Positions 1-7,144 of a stretch of 21,303 nt of DNA are shown piece by piece (the stretch's first letter is position 1; the number at the start of each line of letters is the position of its first letter). A model generated the notes under the pieces. It saw only the letters and a list, made by a program, of their open reading frames with translations. It had not been told where the DNA came from and did not search any database. The stretch lies in assembly GCA_044869275.1 (NCBI GenBank), contig JBIOXB010000235.1:1-21303 (forward strand), in the 5' to 3' direction. The DNA is from a bacterium. GTDB taxonomy: Bacteria; Zhuqueibacterota; Zhuqueibacteria; Zhuqueibacterales; Zhuqueibacteraceae. Made by a program: the position numbers and the translations under genes.

Positions 1-102
1 CGTGAAATCACCGAAAAGGATTTGATCGAAATCATCCGACGAAAGCATCAACAACGTTTCGACGCCAGGCAAGCGCATTTGAAAAACGCGAATTCGTCTT
101 AA
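1..102 (+). CDS. C-terminal end of a probable IS701-family transposase (partial, runs off window)
   Basis: Frame 1 is open from base 1 to TAA 100-102: REITEKDLIEIIRRKHQQRFDARQAHLKNANSS*. From recall, this resembles the basic C-terminal tail of IS701-type transposases. It is followed by an IS-end-like sequence and an interrupted gene. Confidence 0.55.
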   Translation, partial: REITEKDLIEIIRRKHQQRFDARQAHLKNANSS

Positions 103-122
103 ACTAATGTGACATAGTCAAG
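1..122 (+). mobile_element. Right end of an insertion sequence (IS701-like); terminal sequence AATGTGACATAGTCAAG followed by a TTAA target
   Basis: Homology of the GxxExxY gene at 123-247 to its paralogue stops abruptly at about 123. Bases 106-122 resemble IS701-family terminal repeats, and TTAA at 123-126 is a plausible 4-bp target. Confidence 0.55.
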
Positions 123-247
123 TTAAGAAAACGGCGTTCTAATGCCTTGTGATATGCTTTTTCATCATATCCCACGCCAAGCGAATTATGCACATCAAAA
201 AAACATCCAATCAACTCGTGTGTCAAGTCTTTGTAGATAAGTTCCAT
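123..247 (-). pseudogene. 5' fragment of a GxxExxY protein gene interrupted by an IS (not in the ORF track)
   Basis: Manual translation from ATG 247 gives MELIYKDLTHELIGCFFDVHNSLGVGYDEKAYHKALERRFL, which is colinear with the N-terminus of 16196-16990 (MGLIYENLTSELIGCFFEVHNALGVGYDEFTYHEALNRRF). There is a G-rich RBS upstream, and the frame stops at TAG 104-106 inside the IS end. Confidence 0.85.
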
Positions 248-271
248 ATCTCCCCCCTTATTCTCATATCA

Positions 272-301
272 TTCATCCGCTGGGTTGTTTCTATCGGTTG
301 G
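272..301 (-). repeat. Upstream arm of a GxxExxY-flanking inverted repeat (CAACGGA family)
   Basis: Minus strand CCAACCGATAGAAACAACCCAGCGGATGAA matches the arms at 16143-16178 and 17018-17053. Confidence 0.8.
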
Positions 302-332
302 AGTGATTGTTTTCGTCGCGCACTGGCACTGT

Positions 333-1811
333 TCATCCCTTCATTTGCACCTCCCGAAACCTTTTATACGCCTCCTCCCACAGCGCCTCCTCCTGCGGCT
401 CATAGCGCACCGTCGGGAACGACTTTCTCACCACTTGCCGCGCGGACGCCAATGCCGGCAAATGTCCCAGCGCCAGGGCCTGAATAATCACGTTGCCAAT
501 CGCGGTACACTCGACCGGTCCCGCCACAACCGTGCGCCTGGTCGCATTCGCGCTGAACTGGCTCAACAACTGGTTCTTGCAGCCGCCGCCGACAATGTGC
601 AACATGGTGAGCTTCATCCCCGTCACTTCTTCCAGCTGGTCCAGCGTTTGGCGGTACAGCAGCGCGAGGCTTTCCAGCACACAGCGTATGATCTCACCCG
701 GCGCGCTTGGCACCGGCTGATTCGTCTCGCGGCAATAATCCGCAATCTTTTGCGGCATGTTGTCGGGCTTGGCAAAGCGCGCCGCGTTGGGATCTATGAA
801 TGCCCGCAGCGGCGCAGCCACCTCGGCCATTCGGGTCAACTGATCGTAGTCATAGTCCTGGCCTGCTCTGGCCCAGGCGCGACGGCATTCTTGCACGATC
901 CACAAACCAATGATGTTTTTCAAGAATCGCGTGCTGCGGCCGTAGCCGGCTTCATTGGTAAAGTTATGCTCCCGGCTCTTCGCCGTGATCATCGGAGCCG
1001 CGCTTTCGATGCCGAGCAATGACCAGGTTCCCGAGCTGAGATAGGCCCAACCCTCGCCTTCGGCCGGCACCGCAGCCACCGCCGCGCCCGTATCGTGCGA
1101 GCAGCCGGCTACGACTTGCACGCCCTGCAATCCCGTCTCAGCAGCGAGGCCAGGAAGCAACGGCCCGAGCACGGTGCCCGACGGCACGATGACAGGAAAG
1201 ATGCGCTCGGGAAAACCGAATTTCTCAATCAGCTTTTTTGACCACGCGCGTTGCCGCGGATTGTAAAGCTGTGTGGTGCTCGCGAGCGATTCCTCGGCTT
1301 TGGGCACGCCGGAAAACAGAAAGTTGAAATAATCGCCGATATTGAGAAACCGCTCGGCGAAAGCCAGCAATGCCGGCCGTTGCAGCACATCGGCATGAAG
1401 CTGATACAGCGTATTGATGAAGATAAATTGAATGCCGGTCTCGGCAAAAATTTCTTCGGCAGGCACGGTGGCAAACGCGCGTTCCAAGCCGCCGTCCGTC
1501 CGGCTATCACGGTAATGAAACGGTGCTGCCAGCATTGGTTCGTTGCCGTGCAGTAAGACATAATCCACGCCCCATGAATCGCAGCTCACGCTCGCTACGG
1601 AAATGTTTCGCACCGCCACTTGGCGCAAGCCCTCTTTCAATTCCTCGAAGAGCCGCAACATGTCCCAGCGCAGCGAACCGCCAACGGCGATGGCGCGGTT
1701 GGGGAAGCGATGGATTTCCTCGATCTGGAGGCGTTCGTGGGCAAGCGTGCCGAGCATGACACGGCCGCTTTCTGCGCCGAGGTCGCAAGCAATGTAATGA
1801 TGCGCGCTCAA
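333..1811 (-). CDS. rhaB: Rhamnulokinase-family FGGY sugar kinase (probably acts as L-fuculokinase here)
   Basis: Motifs DLGAESGR, DSWGVDY, PFHYRDSRT, HDTGAAV, YLSSGTWSL, FTNEAG, LKNIIGLW and IVGGG. TTG start with an AG-rich RBS. Confidence 0.9.
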   Translation of the reverse strand: MSAHHYIACDLGAESGRVMLGTLAHERLQIEEIHRFPNRAIAVGGSLRWDMLRLFEELKEGLRQVAVRNISVASVSCDSWGVDYVLLHGNEPMLAAPFHYRDSRTDGGLERAFATVPAEEIFAETGIQFIFINTLYQLHADVLQRPALLAFAERFLNIGDYFNFLFSGVPKAEESLASTTQLYNPRQRAWSKKLIEKFGFPERIFPVIVPSGTVLGPLLPGLAAETGLQGVQVVAGCSHDTGAAVAAVPAEGEGWAYLSSGTWSLLGIESAAPMITAKSREHNFTNEAGYGRSTRFLKNIIGLWIVQECRRAWARAGQDYDYDQLTRMAEVAAPLRAFIDPNAARFAKPDNMPQKIADYCRETNQPVPSAPGEIIRCVLESLALLYRQTLDQLEEVTGMKLTMLHIVGGGCKNQLLSQFSANATRRTVVAGPVECTAIGNVIIQALALGHLPALASARQVVRKSFPTVRYEPQEEALWEEAYKRFREVQMKG

Positions 1812-1833
1812 CCTATCCCTCTCATGATGGCGA

Positions 1834-2826
1834 TCACGCGGACAAAATGCCGTCGATGGCTTTCAACTCGTCCTCGCTGAAGCCCGTTTTGTTCAACGTG
1901 GCGACGATCTCATCGATCTGACTCACGCGGCTGGCGCCCATCAAAGCGGAGGTCACGCCCGCGTGCCGCAAAACCCAGGCAATGGCCATCTGTGCCATGG
2001 ACTGGCCGCGCAGCTGCGCTATTTTTTGCAGCTTTCTCACCTTCTCCAGTTTATCGTCGGTGACGTGTTCCCGGCGAAGGTAAGCTTCCGGTTTCGCCGC
2101 GCGCGAATCGGCGGGAATGCCATTCAAATACTTGTCCGTCAGCAGCCCCTGCGCGAGCGGAGAAAAAACGATGCAGCCGGCGCCCTGTTCTTGCAGCACC
2201 TCGAGCAGCCCGTCTTCAATCCAGCGATTGAACATGTTGTAAACCGGTTGGTGAATCAAACACGGCGTGCCGAGCTCCTGCAGCAATTGCGCCGCTTGCC
2301 GGGTCTGTTCGGCACTATAGGCGGAAATGCCGGCATACAGAGCCTTGCCGCTGCGCACAATGTGATCCAGCGCGCCCATGGTCTCTGCCAGCGGGGTTTC
2401 CGGATCGGGGCGATGATGATAAAAGAGGTCAACGTAATCAAGCCCCATGCGCTTGAGGCTTTGATCGAGACTGGCGATGAGGTATTTGCGCGAGCCCCAG
2501 TTGCCATAAGGGCCGGGCCACATATCCCAGCCTGCCTTGGTGGAAATGACCAATTCGTCGCGATACCCGGAAAGGTCTTGGCGAAAAATTTGGCCGAACG
2601 TTTCCTCGGCGGAGCCATAGGGCGGGCCGTAGTTGTTGGCCAAATCAAAATGCGTGATGCCGAGATCAAAAGCGTGATGAATCATGGCGCGTGCATTTTC
2701 CAAAACATCGACGCCGCCGAAGTTGTGCCACAGCCCGAGTGAAATCGCCGGCAGTTTTAAACCACTGCGGCCGCAGCGGTGGTAGCGCATACTATCATAA
2801 CGTGAAGTGGAGGGCAGGTAACTCAT
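1834..2826 (-). CDS. mgrA: Aldo-keto reductase, L-glyceraldehyde 3-phosphate/methylglyoxal reductase (YghZ/Gpr) type
   Basis: Motifs SLGLWHNFG, GITHFDLANNYGPP, ISTKAG, MWPGPYGNWGSRKY and FSPLAQGLLT. Start placed at ATG 2826 after GAGGAAGAA. Confidence 0.9.
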   Translation of the reverse strand: MSYLPSTSRYDSMRYHRCGRSGLKLPAISLGLWHNFGGVDVLENARAMIHHAFDLGITHFDLANNYGPPYGSAEETFGQIFRQDLSGYRDELVISTKAGWDMWPGPYGNWGSRKYLIASLDQSLKRMGLDYVDLFYHHRPDPETPLAETMGALDHIVRSGKALYAGISAYSAEQTRQAAQLLQELGTPCLIHQPVYNMFNRWIEDGLLEVLQEQGAGCIVFSPLAQGLLTDKYLNGIPADSRAAKPEAYLRREHVTDDKLEKVRKLQKIAQLRGQSMAQMAIAWVLRHAGVTSALMGASRVSQIDEIVATLNKTGFSEDELKAIDGILSA

Positions 2827-2861
2827 TTCTTCCTCTTCTATTTTGTGCTTGCACAATCCGT

Positions 2862-3626
2862 TTACAGATTTAATGCCCGTTGGCGATAATGCTCATCCGC
2901 TCGCCCGGCGATGCGCTGGACATTTTCCCGCGAAAGAAACTTCGGGCCGCCGAGCATTGCCGCGCCGGACCATATCACCGCCGTCTTCTCGGCCATGAGC
3001 ATGGCCGCCAATACCGCCGCGGGTGTGCGGCCCAGCGTAATGATGCCATGATTCTCCAACAAAATCAAGCGCGGAATTTCCCGGTGATTTTCGATAAACG
3101 CGTGGGTGCGGTCGCGAATGGCCTGCGCCAGAGGCAAGCCCGGATCGGTGTAAGGAACAAACACCGCAGCGCTGCCGCAACAGACGATCTCATCGGGAAA
3201 AATCCGTTGCGTGGCGAATTCCGCTGCGCGCGGCGAGCATAAAATCTGATTCACCGCCACCGCATGGGTGTGCCCGACAAATTCGACCTCCGCCAGACTC
3301 AGACAATAGGCATGGAATAGCGCCTCGACCGAAGGCTTCTTGCTCTGCGGATCCACGCGGCTCGCCAGCAGCGCCGTTTCGATCTCTTGATCGGTTAGGC
3401 TATTTTGATCGAGCAACGGCAGCAGCATGCCGGCATTGCACTCGACCACGTCCTGCTCGCGCAGGCTGCCGAGCGAGCAGCCGCTGGCCTTGATCAGAAA
3501 AGTGCCGGCGCCTAACCGGGTCGAAGTGTTGCCTTCGCCGAGAATCGCCATCTGCCGATCCTCGCGCCCCAGCTCATGGGACAACTCAAGAAGTGCGGTG
3601 AGTTTTTGTTGATAGTTTTCTTTCAT
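2862..3626 (-). CDS. Class II aldolase/adducin-family protein (likely fuculose/rhamnulose-1-phosphate aldolase)
   Basis: Zn-aldolase motifs GEGNTS, IKASG, PSVEALFH, HTH and LENHG. Start taken at MKENY; 3671 is an alternative but lies in the repeat arm. Confidence 0.85.
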   Translation of the reverse strand: MKENYQQKLTALLELSHELGREDRQMAILGEGNTSTRLGAGTFLIKASGCSLGSLREQDVVECNAGMLLPLLDQNSLTDQEIETALLASRVDPQSKKPSVEALFHAYCLSLAEVEFVGHTHAVAVNQILCSPRAAEFATQRIFPDEIVCCGSAAVFVPYTDPGLPLAQAIRDRTHAFIENHREIPRLILLENHGIITLGRTPAAVLAAMLMAEKTAVIWSGAAMLGGPKFLSRENVQRIAGRADEHYRQRALNL

Positions 3627-3656
3627 AGGAACTTGGCAATTCAAAACCTTAAAAAT

Positions 3657-3684
3657 AACCACGGATTCCACGGAATGGCACGGA
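3657..3684. repeat. Downstream arm of the 28-bp inverted repeat flanking a GxxExxY gene (3x CACGGA)
   Basis: AACCACGGATTCCACGGAATGGCACGGA is 24/28 identical to the reverse complement of 4076-4103. Confidence 0.9.
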
Positions 3685-3688
3685 TTCG

Positions 3689-4066
3689 TTAGAGTATTCG
3701 TCGTCTGTGTTCCAATGCGAGGGTACCAAAATTAATCAGCAGCCCAACTCTAATCTTAGTGGCCTTGAGATAATTCAGAAGTTGGGCTTCGTCGATTTCG
3801 GTCAAGGCTTTGGTAGCTTTGTTATCCACAATGACTTTGTCTTCGACAAGCAGGTCCACTCGATATTTCTTGGGAATGAGATAATCCTTGTAATAAATAT
3901 CTAGCTCTTTTTGTCGCGCAAACTGAATCTTTCGCAAATCAAGCTCATAACAAAAAGATTCTTCATATACATATTCAAGGAATCCCGGGCCTAAAATACG
4001 ATGGACTTCCATCGCTGCACCTAGAATTGAATAGGTCAGTTCTTCATAAAGCAACTTTGATTCCAT
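3689..4066 (-). CDS. GxxExxY protein (PD-(D/E)XK nuclease-like family)
   Basis: Motifs LGPGFLEYVY, YRVDLLVEDKVIVDNK, AQLLNYLK and GLLINFG; 125 aa; lower GC than its neighbours. Confidence 0.93.
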   Translation of the reverse strand: MESKLLYEELTYSILGAAMEVHRILGPGFLEYVYEESFCYELDLRKIQFARQKELDIYYKDYLIPKKYRVDLLVEDKVIVDNKATKALTEIDEAQLLNYLKATKIRVGLLINFGTLALEHRRRIL

Positions 4067-4075
4067 ATAGATTTC

Positions 4076-4103
4076 TCCGTGTTAATCCGTGAAATCCGTG
4101 GTT
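4076..4103. repeat. Upstream arm of the 28-bp inverted repeat flanking a GxxExxY gene
   Basis: TCCGTGTTAATCCGTGAAATCCGTGGTT pairs with 3657-3684. Confidence 0.9.
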
Positions 4104-4132
4104 CAATTGCTTTTATCTTGAAGTGCAAGAGA

Positions 4133-5953
4133 TTAACGACGGCCATACAACGGCCCGAAATTTGCGCAGGCGCGATAATCCGCGCCCTGCAAATCGATCG
4201 CACCGAAAGCCGTCCACGCGCTCGGGCGAAAAATGCGCTCTTCGCGCACATTATGCATATAAACCGGAATGCGCAACATCGAGGCGAGTGTCATCAAACT
4301 GCCGCCAATGTGGCCGTAACTCACGGTACAATGATTCGCGCCCCAACTGTTCATCACCGAGTACACGTCGCGGAACGGTCCACTGTCCGTGAGCATCGGC
4401 GCAAACCAGGTCGTCGGCCAAGTATGATTCGTGCGTCGCGCGAGCCGCTCGTGAACCTCCGGCGCAATGTTCACCGCGTAGCCCTCGGCGAGTTGCAGCG
4501 CGGGGCCAAGCCCTTTGATCATATTTACACGAAACATGGTCACCGGGATCTCGCCGCGCGTGAGATATTGTGACGAATAACCGCCGCCACGAAAATATTC
4601 GAGAATGGCGGCACACCAATGCGTTGCCTCGAGGCATTTGTCCGCTTCCTCCGGCGTGATTTCCCAAAAGGGTTTCATGGCCGGCCGGCCCTCCCGCATT
4701 TGCCGGCCCGTGCCGTCGAGCGCGGCGGGCCCAGAATTGCTCAAATGCAGAATTCCGCCCTCGGCCTTGCCGGTCAGCTTCTCGCCGGTGACACGCTTAA
4801 CGGCATCCGGACTCCAATAAGTGCGGACGTCGGCGAAAATCTGCGCCGTGTCGGTAAGCAAATGGCCGAAGAGCATGGTCGCACCGTTCAGGCAATCATT
4901 CTCCGTGGCGACGAGATAGGGCTGCCGGATGCCGTTCCAATCAAACGACGAGTTCAAGATCGCTTCCATAAAATCGCCGTTGGGAAAATGGTCAGTCCAC
5001 TGCCGCTGCCCTTGAAAGCCGGAGGCAATCGCATTGTGGCCGAGCGCCTCTTCGCCGAAGCCCAGCGCCTCCAGCCGCGGATTCCCCACCATCAGATCAC
5101 GCACGATCATGGCCATCTTGACGACAAACTCCCACTCCCAGTCTTTGCGCTGGCGCGAAAGCTGCTGCACGGAGGCGTTCACATCTTCGCCCTCGCGGCA
5201 GTTTTCTTTGACCCATTTCCCCGCGCGCGCGAATTCTTCTGGATCATAAATGCCTTCTTCGACGCGGCGCACGATCTCGGTCATGTCGACCACTTCGGTG
5301 CGCATGCCGAGATAGTCTTGAAAGAAATCGTGATCGACAATCGAGCCGGCGATGCCCATGGACACCGCGCCGATGGAAAGATAGGATTTGCCGCGCATCT
5401 CCGCCACCGCCAGGCCCGCTTTAGCAAACGCGAGGAGTTTCGCTTGCACGTCAGCAGGTATGGTCTCGTCACCGGCATCCTGGACCTCATGTCCATAAAT
5501 CCCGAACGCCGGCAAACCCTTTTGCGCATATCCCGCCAACGCTGCGGCCAAATAAACCGCGCCTGGCCGCTCCGTTCCGTTGAATCCCCAAATCGCTTTT
5601 GGAATGAGCGGATCGGCATCCATGACCTCGGTGCCGTAACACCAACACGGCGTCACGGTCAAGGAAACGCCAACGGCGTCACGGCGGAACAAATCGGCGA
5701 CCTCGGTTGCTTCAGCAACGCCGCCAATGCAGGCCGGCGGGATCACGCATTCGACGGGCAGGCCATTGGCATGGCGCAAATGTTCGCTCAAAAGCCTCGC
5801 GGCATTCCTTGCCATTTGCAGGGTTTGGTTTTCAAGCGACTCGCGCACGCCTTTGCGCCGGCCATCGATCACCGGCCGGATGCCGATTTTCGGCAACGCG
5901 CCGCGCAGGCGCTTATGCGGGCCAATCAGCTTCAGGTCTTGAACGCTTGCCAT
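4133..5953 (-). CDS. fucI: L-fucose isomerase
   Basis: Motifs [58 protein letters not shown] and WGANH. ATG 5953 is better spaced from the GGGGAAG RBS than 5959. Confidence 0.97.
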   Translation of the reverse strand: MASVQDLKLIGPHKRLRGALPKIGIRPVIDGRRKGVRESLENQTLQMARNAARLLSEHLRHANGLPVECVIPPACIGGVAEATEVADLFRRDAVGVSLTVTPCWCYGTEVMDADPLIPKAIWGFNGTERPGAVYLAAALAGYAQKGLPAFGIYGHEVQDAGDETIPADVQAKLLAFAKAGLAVAEMRGKSYLSIGAVSMGIAGSIVDHDFFQDYLGMRTEVVDMTEIVRRVEEGIYDPEEFARAGKWVKENCREGEDVNASVQQLSRQRKDWEWEFVVKMAMIVRDLMVGNPRLEALGFGEEALGHNAIASGFQGQRQWTDHFPNGDFMEAILNSSFDWNGIRQPYLVATENDCLNGATMLFGHLLTDTAQIFADVRTYWSPDAVKRVTGEKLTGKAEGGILHLSNSGPAALDGTGRQMREGRPAMKPFWEITPEEADKCLEATHWCAAILEYFRGGGYSSQYLTRGEIPVTMFRVNMIKGLGPALQLAEGYAVNIAPEVHERLARRTNHTWPTTWFAPMLTDSGPFRDVYSVMNSWGANHCTVSYGHIGGSLMTLASMLRIPVYMHNVREERIFRPSAWTAFGAIDLQGADYRACANFGPLYGRR

Positions 5954-5987
5954 GTTCATCTTCCCCTAAAAAAGCAAAATCATTTAA

Positions 5988-6037
5988 TGGCAAAAAGATT
6001 GAGATAGCCGATGATGTTCCCACTCAATCATTTGCCA
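5988..6037. repeat. Intergenic inverted repeat (hairpin) upstream of fucI
   Basis: TGGCAAAAAGATTGAG (5988-6003) pairs with CTCAATCATTTGCCA (6023-6037). Confidence 0.7.
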
Positions 6038-6053
6038 ATTGGTGAAAAACCTC

Positions 6054-6085
6054 TTGACTCCGGACTATGGTACTGGCATTATATT
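6054..6085 (+). promoter_or_regulatory. MerR-type sigma70 promoter/operator with a long spacer
   Basis: -35 TTGACT (6054-6059), a 20-bp spacer CCGGACTATGGTACTGGCAT and -10 TATATT (6080-6085). The spacer contains GGAC-N4-GTAC, one mismatch from the GTAC-N4-GTAC mer operator core. Confidence 0.75.
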
Positions 6086-6172
6086 ATGAATATCGATACG
6101 AACCAGCCGATGCAACGAACCGCGTCGCGGCTGTCCAATTTTAAAGTATTTGAATGAACAAGGCCGTTGCTA

Positions 6173-6379
6173 ATGGCAGCCATCACCCAATCTACTTTGA
6201 AATGTCCAGAGTGTGGCTTTGCCGAAGAAGTTGACATGCCAACCGAGGCGTGTCTATACTTTTATCAATGCCGCAACTGCAAAGCCGTGCTCAAGCCGAA
6301 AACAGGCGATTGTTGCGTTTTTTGCTCATATGGCACGGCTAAATGTCCGCCAAAGCAATTCGGCGATTGTTGTGATTAA
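6173..6379 (+). CDS. GDCCVxC domain-containing small Cys-rich metal-binding protein (Cys form)
   Basis: MAAITQSTLKCPECG...MPTEAC...YQCRNC...LKPKTGDCCVFCSYG...CPP; 68 aa with the family signature GDCCVFC and no in-frame TGA. Confidence 0.9.
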   Translation: MAAITQSTLKCPECGFAEEVDMPTEACLYFYQCRNCKAVLKPKTGDCCVFCSYGTAKCPPKQFGDCCD

Positions 6380-6401
6380 ACTCAACGGCAAGGAGCTCAG
6401 A

Positions 6402-7028
6402 ATGATTTCCAAGAACTTGGGGCGATTCCTGGTGATGGCGCCGCTGCTGGTGTTTCTGGTTCTCGCCGCTGGATTTCTTTATTGGTACAATCCCAACCTT
6501 ATTGATTTTTCAACCGCACGCAGCGCGAAGCAGCAGCTTACAGATCTGCGTGAGTTTGCGCTTTTAAAAAGTACTTTTGAAAGCGACAGCGGATACGTCC
6601 GCCTGATCACGCAGCTTTCCCCGACCTGACCGGCTTGCCGTCGGGGGTTCTCCGACATGCAAATGGTTTTGAGAAACATTTCTGATGAACGACTGAAAGC
6701 TTACCTCATTTGGTTGCCGGTGTTGCCTACCGATAACCGCAATTGGGCGGTCAAACGGATGAACGAATTTTCGGACTATCGCGTCAGCCATTTCTGGGAC
6801 GGCGATCAATTGCTGGGAAAAATCTGGCTGAACGTGCTTGGACTTGCAGGCCCTCTGTCTTGGGATACGTATTTCTTGTACGATCACAAAGTGCATTGGG
6901 CTGATCAGCCAACTGTCCCGAATTTTTGGATGCATCAACTTAGCTATGAAGAAAATCTCCAGGAGCTTTTTCTCAATGTGCCAACGTTTGAACGCAAAGC
7001 GCGCGAGCTGCTCGAACAGATAAAGTGA
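6402..7028 (+). CDS. Putative selenoprotein: N-terminal membrane anchor plus thioredoxin-like domain with a UxxC motif (Sec at TGA 6627-6629); 208 aa
   Basis: AGGAG RBS and ATG 6402. ORFs 6213-6629 and 6657-7028 share a frame and are separated only by TGA; read-through gives ...VRLITQLSPT-U-PAC-RRGFSDMQMVL.... A SECIS-like hairpin follows immediately, and no clear RBS precedes ATG 6657. Confidence 0.85.
6635..6662 (+). promoter_or_regulatory. Putative bacterial SECIS element
   Basis: TTGC-C-GTCGGGG-(GTT)-CTCCGAC-AT-GCAA: 4-bp lower stem, small internal loop, 7-bp upper stem with one G.U pair, and an apical loop starting with G about 18 nt after the UGA. Confidence 0.75.
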
Positions 7029-7102
7029 CGCGTATGGTGTTTTGAATCGTCATCGTGCCCACTCTTGCGCTTGTCGCGTTTCCTTACTTCATTTCTTATT
7101 TT
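7019..7102 (+). pseudogene. merT: Remnant of a MerT-like mercuric transporter C-terminal transmembrane helix
   Basis: The frame reads DKVTRMVF*IVIVPTLALVAFPYFISYF. It resembles the MerT C-terminus (K-x-x-FWIV...LxxxxFPY), with TGA 7043-7045 at the Trp position. No upstream merT body is present. Confidence 0.55.
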
Positions 7103-7144
7103 CCGGTCCACGCATTGGTCAATGCGAAATTTCCCGGGAGATTC

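Noticed and set aside
149..487. Plus-strand 112-aa ORF
   Set aside because: It is antisense to the GxxExxY fragment, the repeat arm and the kinase 3' end, and has no independent support.
4619..6007. Long plus-strand ORF opposite fucI (likewise 285-1022, 1963-2742, 14724-15563, 17068-17901 and 18736-19650)
   Set aside because: These are antisense shadow ORFs of well-supported minus-strand genes in GC-rich DNA, with no recognisable motifs.
6086..6172. Upstream in-frame ATG and TGA 6155-6157 as a Sec-containing extension of the GDCCVxC protein
   Set aside because: The ATG abuts the -10 box, upstream of the expected transcription start. There is no redox motif and no convincing SECIS.
6213..6401. 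N-terminal extension of ORF 6213-6629
   Set aside because: It overlaps the GDCCVxC gene in another frame. ATG 6402 has an AGGAG RBS and starts the membrane anchor.
6627..6629. Genome-wide UGA reassignment (Trp/Gly) as the explanation for the in-frame TGA
   Set aside because: Several clear genes here end in TGA (kinase, aldo-keto reductase, amidohydrolase, galK, GH29), and Trp is encoded by TGG.
7043..7045. TGA in the merT-like fragment as selenocysteine
   Set aside because: It aligns to a Trp position and lacks a SECIS-like hairpin, so a TGG-to-TGA nonsense change is the simpler explanation.
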